From positions 32,001 through 96,000 of the IMG/VR virus record IMGVR_UViG_3300008116_000011: 64,000 nt of DNA, one strand, 5' to 3'. The position numbers were made by a program, and so were the translations under genes. This DNA comes from a virus. Under the pieces are notes generated by a model. The model made no database searches, was not told where the DNA came from, and was given only the letters and a program-made list of their open reading frames with translations. Each line of letters opens with the position of its first letter. The stretch's first letter is position 1. Shown here piece by piece: positions 40,169 through 49,194 of this stretch.

Positions 40169-41467
40169 TTACTCTATTTTTTTAAGTTTAGGTAATTTTA
40201 ATTCAACATGTTTAGGAAATTCAGGAACATATTGCTTAAGTAATTCATCTAGTTTTTCAGTCATTTTATCTAATGAAAAATTCTGTTTGTTTTTATAAGC
40301 AAGGCGTTTTGCTTTTTCTTGATATTCCTTGTAACGATTAAATACATCCATAAATGCATGTCCTGTTTGATTATCATCTGGTTTAAACCACATTGATTCT
40401 GGGATGATAGTATTTGCTACTACAGCACTAGGGTGTATTTTAGATAATGTTCCTCCAACTATACCACAAAATTCGGGTGTTAAAAAATCCATATGCCCAC
40501 TCCATCCACTAGCAATGATTGGTTTTCCAACTACACTAAATTCAAGTAATGGACGCCCAAATCCTTCACCTTTTGTAAGTGAAATCATTGCTTTTACTTT
40601 TGGATGATTATAGATACAGTTTATTTCTTCATCATTTAAATCACCATGAATTAAATATATGTTAGGTAAATCTTTTGAAGATACTGTTTTTCTAACATTT
40701 TCTATTCTTTTTAATATATCATCTCTATCCATGATAGATGGAGCACCTTGTGATGTTTTTAATATTAATGCAGGTTTATTCTTTTTATCTTTAAACACTT
40801 CTAAAAATGCTTTAACTAAATATCCAACATTTTTTCTATCTTCTCCAAAATCACCTTGTAACCAGTGGCCTACAAATAAATAACAGAATGATTCTTTAAT
40901 TGTATTCAAATCATTATAAACATCAAAACCAGTAAGAACATCAGATTTAAAATATTTAGTTAAATCTGCTCCTTCAAACAATATTTCAATTGGTTTTTTT
41001 AATTCAATTGATCCAACAGTTTGACCCATTTGGTTTCTTTGTTCAAATTTACTACTTTGAAATACTTTTTGAGAGTGTTCTGAAGAGATTAATGTGAGGT
41101 CAATTCTGTTACATCCTTCAATCCAACTAGCATCACATATTGTAGTTTCAATACCTGCTGTAACTCCAATGTTATATTTTCCTAGAGGTTGAAATTCATT
41201 TGGTACTGTAATTTGTATCCAAATATCTGGTTTAAAGGAAAGATTCATTGTTAATGAGCCAATTATTCTATTTTTTAAATCAGCTTCTTCTTTAATATTT
41301 TCATCTAATGCTCCAAAAGGTGTTTGACCCCATCTTTGGGATAATATTTTAATATCCCATTCTTCTCCTTTTGCTTTAATAAGAGACTTTACAAAATCAC
41401 GAGATCTAGCTCCATACCCACTAGAAGTATCAATAGGGCAACTTACTATACAGATTGGTTTATTCAT
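40169..41467 (-). CDS. GT4 (GT-B) glycosyltransferase
   Basis: SGYG, RKNV, GEGFGRPLLE, KPIIASGWSGH. Confidence 0.88.
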   Translation of the reverse strand: MNKPICIVSCPIDTSSGYGARSRDFVKSLIKAKGEEWDIKILSQRWGQTPFGALDENIKEEADLKNRIIGSLTMNLSFKPDIWIQITVPNEFQPLGKYNIGVTAGIETTICDASWIEGCNRIDLTLISSEHSQKVFQSSKFEQRNQMGQTVGSIELKKPIEILFEGADLTKYFKSDVLTGFDVYNDLNTIKESFCYLFVGHWLQGDFGEDRKNVGYLVKAFLEVFKDKKNKPALILKTSQGAPSIMDRDDILKRIENVRKTVSSKDLPNIYLIHGDLNDEEINCIYNHPKVKAMISLTKGEGFGRPLLEFSVVGKPIIASGWSGHMDFLTPEFCGIVGGTLSKIHPSAVVANTIIPESMWFKPDDNQTGHAFMDVFNRYKEYQEKAKRLAYKNKQNFSLDKMTEKLDELLKQYVPEFPKHVELKLPKLKKIE

Positions 41468-42906
41468 AACGAAACTATGTGTTTGTTTTGTTTTGCAGGT
41501 AATTCTTCAATTTTTATAAAATCATAGGATACTCTTGGCTCCCAAGTATCAAAAGTTTTATCTATATACTTAATAGCATTTTTAGCCATATTTTCAGCTG
41601 TCATCATAGCCTCATCAGATGTAACCCATTTACGAGCAGCCTCTCCTTTATGTTTACGTTCCTCAGAACTTAATTCATACATTGCTTTTATTTGAGCAGC
41701 TGCATCTCTAAAATCAACTCTATCATCAAATATATAAGGTGTTGGGATAGATCCTATTACAGACATATTAGAAGGAAATACGGGGAATGCCCATTTACCA
41801 CATTTTTTATATTTTCCAAAATGATTTGATCCAAATTCTTCTGTAAACTTAACCCAATTACCATTTTCATCTTCAAAACGCATTTGATCTTGCATACCAC
41901 CAGTAACATTAGCAATAATAGGTTTACTACACATCATTGCTTCTGTTAATGATAATCCCCAACCTTCATTTGATGAAAGTAAAATAACTCCATCTGAGCA
42001 GTTATATAGAAGATTCATTTGTTCTGGAGTGAATCTGTTTAGTCCTGTAATGAAGACATTTGGTGGGTTTTTACCCCAAATCATTTCCATTACTGCATAA
42101 AGATCGGTTCCATTTTCATCTACAGGTTGGGTATGAGCTATAAAGGCAACTTTATCTTTTTTATCTTCAGGAAGTTGATCTACAAATAATTTCCAAGCTA
42201 ATAGAGTATCGGGAAATGATTTACGTCTAATGTTTCTAGAATTAAACATTAAAATAAATTCATATTCTTTATCTTTAAATAATTGTTTTTTAAATGTTTG
42301 AAGCTCATCCCATTTATCTGTTCCTTCTTGAATAGGAAAAAATACATTTTTATTTATACCATGAGGTACATATCCTATTACTTTATCTTTAGCTTTATCT
42401 CCTAATACAACATGGTTAATATTTTCTGTTTGTTTAGAAATAGCTAGTAGAGCATCACATGATTCATAATAAGCTCTATTATATAAAGGATAAGGTAATG
42501 AATCCCAAATATTAAGATAAATAATAGGAACTTGAGCACGTATTTCTCTCTCATGCATCCACAACCAAGTCCAATAACGCGGGTCTGTAAATAGCATTAT
42601 TGCGTCTGGTTTTTCTATGGCTAGTAAATCTCTAATTCTTTCAATAGTGCCATATCCAGAGCTAGGATACAGGAATACACTAGAATCTGTTAGTTCATTA
42701 ATTCTGTTTGAGTCTTCGCTTAGATCTAATTTTTTACCTTCATCAGGATGTTTAATTGTGCTTCCTAAATTCACCCAGTTATAATGATGACAAGTTCCTA
42801 CAACTATTTCTCTAGCCATAGTAGCAATACCAGATGTAGTTCTAATGTCATCTGATAATAATAGAATTTTCTTTCGTTGTTCTTTGGGGATATAACCTTC
42901 TTTCAT
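41464..42906 (-). CDS. GT4 (GT-B) glycosyltransferase
   Basis: VPHG, RNIRRK, NEGWGLSLTEA, TGGMQD. Confidence 0.88.
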   Translation of the reverse strand: MKEGYIPKEQRKKILLLSDDIRTTSGIATMAREIVVGTCHHYNWVNLGSTIKHPDEGKKLDLSEDSNRINELTDSSVFLYPSSGYGTIERIRDLLAIEKPDAIMLFTDPRYWTWLWMHEREIRAQVPIIYLNIWDSLPYPLYNRAYYESCDALLAISKQTENINHVVLGDKAKDKVIGYVPHGINKNVFFPIQEGTDKWDELQTFKKQLFKDKEYEFILMFNSRNIRRKSFPDTLLAWKLFVDQLPEDKKDKVAFIAHTQPVDENGTDLYAVMEMIWGKNPPNVFITGLNRFTPEQMNLLYNCSDGVILLSSNEGWGLSLTEAMMCSKPIIANVTGGMQDQMRFEDENGNWVKFTEEFGSNHFGKYKKCGKWAFPVFPSNMSVIGSIPTPYIFDDRVDFRDAAAQIKAMYELSSEERKHKGEAARKWVTSDEAMMTAENMAKNAIKYIDKTFDTWEPRVSYDFIKIEELPAKQNKHIVSL

Positions 42907-42923
42907 AACAAATTTTAGAATTA

Positions 42924-43127
42924 TTAAAGACTACCACTCATAACTAAATCAGTATGATTGTGTAATTGCTTGCGAAATTCTTCATCGCTTAAATACAAAT
43001 GAATTGCTCTATTAGTTAATTTTTGCAAATTGAATTTATTTTTAATACTTGCAACTTTAAACTCTTCAAACAAGTCTTGATGTACTTTTACACTTGTAAG
43101 TGTTAATTTTTCATTTTTACCTGCCAT
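42924..43127 (-). CDS. Small putative ribbon-helix-helix DNA-binding protein
   Basis: LTSVKV strand followed by two helices. Confidence 0.5.
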   Translation of the reverse strand: MAGKNEKLTLTSVKVHQDLFEEFKVASIKNKFNLQKLTNRAIHLYLSDEEFRKQLHNHTDLVMSGSL

Positions 43128-43157
43128 AAACTATATATTTTATATAAATATATACAG

Positions 43158-44102
43158 CTATATAGAAGAGTTCATCTTGTTGCAAAGAGAAGGATTGTTA
43201 TTAAATTGGCACCAATTACATAAAGGACCTACTTGTTTTAAGTGTTCTTTAACTAATGGTTTTCCATCCTTATCAAAGCAATCTTCTATAAATGTACGAA
43301 AACTTTCTAAGGTAGCCGAACGTTTTCTTGAACCTGATGCAGGAATAAATGATTGAATTCTAGGAATTGGGTATTCACTTTCTTCCCATATTTTGCGTTT
43401 TACAATGAAGAATTCAACTTCTATTTTATCTACATCCCAATTAAATAATTTACTAAAGTATTCCTTGTAAAGTATAATTTGTGATATTTTAGTTTCATTT
43501 CGTTTATCCTCATCTCTCCATCCGCGTTTTGAAGTCTTGATATCGTATATTTGAATTTTATCTACTGCTTCATTATATAAAATAAAGTCAATATATCCTC
43601 TAAATTTAACATTAGGGTATTTCTCGTGTGGAGTAAAGGATAAAGGAAATTCAATTCCTATAAGATGTGTTTTACGAGTTGAAAAATATTCGCCTCGTTT
43701 TTTAAGGAAGAATTCAATTATTGATCTTCCATCTTCAAAATATTCAGCCATTTCATCGGCTGAAGAGAAATGTACTTTATTATTTTGTTCAAATCCTTTT
43801 TTATATTCTTCTCTAAAGGTATTTTCAAATAAAGTAAGAATATCTTCTCTGTCAGCGGCGACACCACTTTGTTCATACATTACTTTTAAATAATGTTGAA
43901 TAGCAGTGTGCATTGCTGTTCCAAAAGCAAATTCAATACTTGGAGGGCTTTTATGTTTGTCTACATTTTGAAGTTTCCATTTATGAGGACATTGCCTCCA
44001 AGTAGAATATTGCGAATAAGAAACTATCTTTTCTTTACTCCAATCAATTTCCGTTTCTTTATGCTCAAGTAGAGGCTTTAGATGCTTTGGTAGTTTTTTC
44101 AT
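43158..44102 (-). CDS. PD-(D/E)XK Cas4/RecB-like exonuclease
   Basis: SYSQ..CP, GTAMH, GYID, DIKT, QIILY, C-terminal CxxC...C. Confidence 0.85.
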   Translation of the reverse strand: MKKLPKHLKPLLEHKETEIDWSKEKIVSYSQYSTWRQCPHKWKLQNVDKHKSPPSIEFAFGTAMHTAIQHYLKVMYEQSGVAADREDILTLFENTFREEYKKGFEQNNKVHFSSADEMAEYFEDGRSIIEFFLKKRGEYFSTRKTHLIGIEFPLSFTPHEKYPNVKFRGYIDFILYNEAVDKIQIYDIKTSKRGWRDEDKRNETKISQIILYKEYFSKLFNWDVDKIEVEFFIVKRKIWEESEYPIPRIQSFIPASGSRKRSATLESFRTFIEDCFDKDGKPLVKEHLKQVGPLCNWCQFNNNPSLCNKMNSSI

Positions 44103-44511
44103 CCTTCAATAACTTTTTAATTTCATCGTCGTTTATTCCTCTACTACTTAAGATATCTTTTATTTGATCTTTACTTAGTATGTAAAGATATTCTTTTATT
44201 TCTCTAGTTGATACTTGGAAATGATTTGCTAAAACTTCAAGTAATTCACTATTTGCTTTAGACTTAGTTGACTTAATATATTTTGCAAATACCTTATTTT
44301 CAGGTAAATAATTACAATATATTAAATATATTTGATCCGGTTTTAATTGCCAAAACTGTTGTAAGTAATTAGCTAACTCAATATATGGTTCATACATTGA
44401 TACTAGTCGATGCATCATATAGGGATTAAATGTCGCTTTATCTTCATCGCTAAATGAAGACCAAGGATCCCTAACGTATGTAACTTGTTTAAACCAATCA
44501 AATATTGTCAT
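44065..44511 (-). CDS. Clamp loader small subunit (gp62-like)
   Basis: FNPYMMHRLVS...KYIK...HFQVSTRE; next to the RFC gene. Confidence 0.7.
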   Translation of the reverse strand: MTIFDWFKQVTYVRDPWSSFSDEDKATFNPYMMHRLVSMYEPYIELANYLQQFWQLKPDQIYLIYCNYLPENKVFAKYIKSTKSKANSELLEVLANHFQVSTREIKEYLYILSKDQIKDILSSRGINDDEIKKLLKDEKTTKASKAST

Positions 44512-44735
44512 TACGCTTTGTCTTTAGGCATAAAATCAGCATTTACGTGTCCGCATTTAGAACAAGTAAATACTTGAATAGGCATAAGTGCATCTTGTGA
44601 AGTACCAGCTACAAAACGTGAAATTTTACGTAGCATTACTCCTTCGATAAACACTTCATTTTCACATTCTTCACATTTAATAGGTGTAGTATCTTTTAAT
44701 GCTACATTCATGTTAATTTGTTGTTGTTGACTCAT
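44511..44735 (-). CDS. Zinc-ribbon protein
   Basis: CEEC...CSKCGH. Confidence 0.7.
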   Translation of the reverse strand: MSQQQQINMNVALKDTTPIKCEECENEVFIEGVMLRKISRFVAGTSQDALMPIQVFTCSKCGHVNADFMPKDKA

Positions 44736-44736
44736 T

Positions 44737-45648
44737 TTATTTGATTTTTAAGATTTGAGATATAAACGCCATAAAGTTAATTTCTTTATCAGCGATAGTA
44801 TTATTTTGCCATAGATATTGAGCTGAATGTATTGCTACGTCTGCAGGTTGGGTTGTGTATTCGCTTACACGTTCATATAAGCCTGTAAATAAAGGTACGT
44901 AATCATTTACATCTGCATCTGCTACTGTTTGTCTAATATCAGTCCAAGCTGTTTTACTCTTTAATTTTAAATGTTTTATAACATCATTTAAAACGCCCTC
45001 AACATTAGCTACTAATGCTCCTGGATTTAGAGTATTATTGTCATCTATTGATTGTTGAGATGCATTAATAATTTTTCTAATGTCAGGGTAGTATGTTTTA
45101 ACTATAGCAGCAATATTAGGTAATTCATATTTAACACCCTCTTGATCTAATATCCAGGCTAAATGTTTTGCAACATCACCTTTAGCAGGTGGTTCAATAT
45201 GAAATGTTTGACATCTACTTTTAAGCGGATCAATTATACGTTCAGCATAGTTAGCTGTAAGTATAAATCGTGTTTTTGCAGAATAAGTTTCCATTACATT
45301 ACGTAATGCTGCTTGTGCTTGAGCAGTAATATAATCGGCTTCATCAAGTATTACTACTTTAAGTGGATTAAAACTACTCACAGAGGCAAAATCTACAATT
45401 TTATCTCTAATAGTATCAATTCCTCTTTCATCAGAAGCGTTAATGTACATTATATCACACTTGATATTTTTTGTAATTAACTTAGCTAATGTTGTTTTAC
45501 CTGTACCCGGCTTTCCAAATAGTAATAGATGAGGAATATCATTTGTAGTGATACATTTAGAAATGAAGGCTTTTACACCCTCATTTCCAACGTATGTATC
45601 TAGATTTTGACTACGATATTTCTCAACCCATAGCGAGTTGTTCGTCAT
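44737..45648 (-). CDS. Clamp loader large subunit (RFC/gp44-like AAA+)
   Basis: WVEKYR, GKPGTGKT, NASDERG, LDEAD, SRC. Confidence 0.95.
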   Translation of the reverse strand: MTNNSLWVEKYRSQNLDTYVGNEGVKAFISKCITTNDIPHLLLFGKPGTGKTTLAKLITKNIKCDIMYINASDERGIDTIRDKIVDFASVSSFNPLKVVILDEADYITAQAQAALRNVMETYSAKTRFILTANYAERIIDPLKSRCQTFHIEPPAKGDVAKHLAWILDQEGVKYELPNIAAIVKTYYPDIRKIINASQQSIDDNNTLNPGALVANVEGVLNDVIKHLKLKSKTAWTDIRQTVADADVNDYVPLFTGLYERVSEYTTQPADVAIHSAQYLWQNNTIADKEINFMAFISQILKIK

Positions 45649-47254
45649 TTTTATCTTTTTTAGGTTCGTTATAGATTACACATTCAGTTAACAATACAGT
45701 ACCTGCTACTGAAACGGCATTTTCAAGTGCTGTACGAGCTACTTTCATAGGATCGATAATACCTGCTTCAAACATATCTTTTATTGTTTCTGCTTTAATG
45801 TCGTATCCAAATGTACGGCCATTAGTTGGGTTTTCCTCTCTAGACTTCCTAAGAGCAAAGATAATTTCCTCTTTATTTTCAACACCCGCATTATCAAGAA
45901 TCTTAAGGAATGGAGCAGCACAAGCAATATATGCTATTCTCTTTCCTAAATTAAAATCTTCTCCATCTTCTTTCTTAAGTACGATATTTTCTCTTGCTTC
46001 TAGTAAAGCAATACCACCACCTGGGAGTAATCCTTCTTCAAGTGCTGCTTTAGTTGCTTGTAGAGCATCATCAATACGATCTTTCTTTTCTTTAATTTCA
46101 GTTTCTGTAGCTCCACCAATATTAATTACAGCAACTCCACCTACTAATTTTCCAAGACGCTCTTGTAAATGTTCTTTTTCGAACGCTGATTGTGCTTTTG
46201 CAATTTGTTCTTTTAGATCAGCAACACGATTTTGAATATCACCTTCTGCTCCACCACCATCTACAATTGTAGTTGTATCTTTAGTTACTGTTACTACTCT
46301 TGCTTTACCGAACCAATCTGAGTTGAAGCGCTCTAATTTCATTCCTTTCTCAGGTGAAATTACAGTACCACCAGTTACAGTTGCAATATCTTCAAGTACT
46401 GCTAAACGACGATCTCCAAAATCAGGTGCTTTAACAGCAACTGCTTTTAACATACCTCTCATTTTATTTACAATGAGTGTAGATAGTGCTTCACCATCAA
46501 TATCTTCAGCAATGATTAAAAGTGAACTATCTGTTTGTGAAGTACCCTCAAGTACTGGAAGTAGTTCTTTAACTGATGTTAATCGTCCGTTATAGATTAA
46601 AATCAATGGGTCTTTTAGAGCAGCAGACATTGTACTATTATCTGTTGTAAAATACATTGATTTATATCCCCTATCAAATTGAATACCTTCTACTGTTTCA
46701 AGTGATGTTTCACCTGTTTTACTTTCTTCAACAGTAACTACACCATCCATTCCTACCATATTCATGGCTTCAGCTACTAATGCTCCAATTTCTTCGTCAT
46801 TGTTAGCTGAGATAGTAGCTACTTGCTTAATTTGGTCTTCAGAATTAATTTCACGTTTAATTTCTTCTAAACCTTTAACTACTTCTTTAGCAGCCGCTTC
46901 AATACCTTTCTTTACTAATACTACGTTAGTATTAGGATTGATACTATGAAATGCTTTTTGAATTAATGAATTAGAAAGTACAGTTGATGTTGTTGTACCA
47001 TCACCTGCTTTATCTGCTGTTTTAATAGATGCTTGCTTAATCATTTGTGCACCTATATTTTCAATTGGATCTTCAAAATCCTTAAGTGTTTTTGCTACTG
47101 TAACACCATCTTTAGTACTGCGTACAGTTCCGTAGTCATCAATGAATACTACGTTGCGACCATAAGGTCCGAGTGTTGAGCTAACAGCATCAGCAACTTG
47201 CTTGATACCACTAGCTAATTTTTCTTTTGCTTCTTGATTGAATGCTGTCTTCAT
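45623..47254 (-). CDS. groEL: Chaperonin GroEL
   Basis: [37 protein letters not shown]. Confidence 0.97.
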   Translation of the reverse strand: MKTAFNQEAKEKLASGIKQVADAVSSTLGPYGRNVVFIDDYGTVRSTKDGVTVAKTLKDFEDPIENIGAQMIKQASIKTADKAGDGTTTSTVLSNSLIQKAFHSINPNTNVVLVKKGIEAAAKEVVKGLEEIKREINSEDQIKQVATISANNDEEIGALVAEAMNMVGMDGVVTVEESKTGETSLETVEGIQFDRGYKSMYFTTDNSTMSAALKDPLILIYNGRLTSVKELLPVLEGTSQTDSSLLIIAEDIDGEALSTLIVNKMRGMLKAVAVKAPDFGDRRLAVLEDIATVTGGTVISPEKGMKLERFNSDWFGKARVVTVTKDTTTIVDGGGAEGDIQNRVADLKEQIAKAQSAFEKEHLQERLGKLVGGVAVINIGGATETEIKEKKDRIDDALQATKAALEEGLLPGGGIALLEARENIVLKKEDGEDFNLGKRIAYIACAAPFLKILDNAGVENKEEIIFALRKSREENPTNGRTFGYDIKAETIKDMFEAGIIDPMKVARTALENAVSVAGTVLLTECVIYNEPKKDKNDEQLAMG

Positions 47255-47273
47255 ATTTTTGTTTTATATATTC

Positions 47274-47405
47274 TTAAAATACAGGAGCAAATCCCCTTTT
47301 TGTTTTATCACATTTTTCACATTTCCATAAAGCAAATGTACCATAAATGTGAACACAAGTCCATTTATGTTTACAAAATAAGGATTTGATATACTGTTTT
47401 ATCAT
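47274..47405 (-). CDS. 43 aa CxH...CxxC zinc-finger peptide between groES and groEL (missing from track)
   Basis: MIKQYIKSLFCKHKWTCVHIYGTFALWKCEKCDKTKRGFAPVF*; TAATG-coupled to groES. Confidence 0.55.
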   Translation of the reverse strand: MIKQYIKSLFCKHKWTCVHIYGTFALWKCEKCDKTKRGFAPVF

Positions 47406-47695
47406 TAGTCATTAATTAATGCTAATACGTTTGCTTCTGACACTGCAATATATTCTACTCCTTCCCATTCTAGTTTAGTAGGTCCTACTTGAGGTAATAC
47501 TACTTTATCTCCTACTTTAAATGACATAGGGATACGAGCATCTCCTGCGTTGTTCCACCTTCCAGGTCCAACATCAATAATTGTTCCTACAATTGCTTTT
47601 TCTTGTGACAAATCGGGAATAATAAATTTGCCGTGCATTTTTTCTGTTTTTTCATCCACCTTTACAATGATGGCATCCCATACTGCTTTAATCAT
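47405..47695 (-). CDS. groES: Co-chaperonin GroES
   Basis: IIPD...GTIIDVGPG...KVGDKV. Confidence 0.92.
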   Translation of the reverse strand: MIKAVWDAIIVKVDEKTEKMHGKFIIPDLSQEKAIVGTIIDVGPGRWNNAGDARIPMSFKVGDKVVLPQVGPTKLEWEGVEYIAVSEANVLALIND

Positions 47696-48229
47696 AAGTT
47701 TAATGCTTGTTTAAAATTTTCAAGTGTTTGTTTATGTTCGTTTACGTACTCTCTAAAAGTGTAAGTACCTTTTTTATTTACCATACAATTACGAACTAAT
47801 GTATGTAATACGTTTTCAAGTGAATTATAATAACCAACTGCAGTCATATTATCATTATACCCGGGTTCCATTAGAGTATAACATGATTTGTCTTCATGTA
47901 TTTCATAAGGGGCAAAGATAGGGTCTTTAATAATAACAATGTCTTTAGTTTGGCCTTTTTGGCGTCCGCGACGCCCCTTAAATGGATCACTCATAACTTT
48001 TATTTTTGTTTATATATAAATGTATGTTATTCAATTGTGTTCTCCACATTTTCTTCGATAATCTCAACATCCATTATTTGTTCACAGAAGAATACTTTAC
48101 CATCCTTTTTAAATGTTTTATGTGATGGTGATAAAGCGTTCCAATCCGGCCCTAAAGGCTCATACTTTTCATCTAATATTGTTTTTACGATGAATAATTC
48201 ATCATTTACTCGTATCATTCCTTTACTAA

Positions 48230-48970
48230 TCATCCTACTTGAACTTCAGGTAAATAATAAACAGCGTTTCCTGTTTCTGTTTTGATATCTAATTTTAAAA
48301 GTCCTTGAGTGCTAATATATCCTTTTGCTTCTATCAAATCATCTTTACTAGCATTAAGTATTTCTTTTACATATGCTGAATTAAATGATAGGAATCCAAT
48401 ATGCATTTCATTAAATGAAGCCTCAGCTGTAAATTCAACTTTATTGGAGTGAGATGTGGGTTCGCCTAGTATTAGTTTAACTTGTTTATTTTGATCTTCA
48501 TTTACATTAGTAGATATTCTAAATACTTCTCTAATATTTGACCCTAGAGCTCCTTTTGCCTTAGCAAAACGCATAATAAACTCAGAATCAATACTAAATG
48601 TTATTTCGTATTCAGGTTCACTTATTGATGGGGTATTTTGAATAATAAATGGATCTGCTAATGAATATTGTAGTGAGAAATTAGAATCTTCAATTAACAA
48701 CTTAGTAGGTACTTTATGTTGTTTATCAACATTAACTAAAATATCCATATCTAGAATAGATAACATTTTAAGTAATCCACTTGTATTAAATATACCTAGT
48801 GTTCCATCTTCTAATTCAACATCACATTCAACATGTCCTACTAGATCCTGATTCGGAGATACAAAGTCAATATTTAATTTATTGTTTGCAACATTCCATT
48901 TAACACTTTCAACAGTGCCATTTAAGTAGTATCGCTCAATGTTTGCTACTAGGTCTAGTTTATTAATCAT
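48230..48970 (-). CDS. DNA sliding clamp (gp45-like)
   Basis: 246 aa; between polymerase and clamp loader; LGIFNTS..LKML, GLLKL...YYL pattern. Confidence 0.7.
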   Translation of the reverse strand: MINKLDLVANIERYYLNGTVESVKWNVANNKLNIDFVSPNQDLVGHVECDVELEDGTLGIFNTSGLLKMLSILDMDILVNVDKQHKVPTKLLIEDSNFSLQYSLADPFIIQNTPSISEPEYEITFSIDSEFIMRFAKAKGALGSNIREVFRISTNVNEDQNKQVKLILGEPTSHSNKVEFTAEASFNEMHIGFLSFNSAYVKEILNASKDDLIEAKGYISTQGLLKLDIKTETGNAVYYLPEVQVG

Positions 48971-49194
48971 AATTTTTCAATTTCTTGTTTTACTTCTATC
49001 CAATATGGGAATCTATTTGCGAAGTCTGTTACTATTAATTCTTCAATTATCTCATCTACTGCTATTAATGCACATTTTTTAGCATAATATACATCAGCAT
49101 CGGTATGAAAGTTAAGATAATCAAACATTTTGTTTAGTAATTCTGCTGCTTTTTCTTGTGGTGTCATATTATAAAGGTAATAAGATTTATTAGT

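Noticed and set aside
30589-42906. Bacterial chromosomal O-antigen locus or prophage boundary
   Set aside because: No wzx/wzy, housekeeping genes or integrase; flanked by phage replication genes with the same promoter motifs and composition
43158-44102. CRISPR-Cas system suggested by the Cas4-like nuclease
   Set aside because: No repeat-spacer array or other cas genes; solo Cas4-like nucleases are common in phage replication modules
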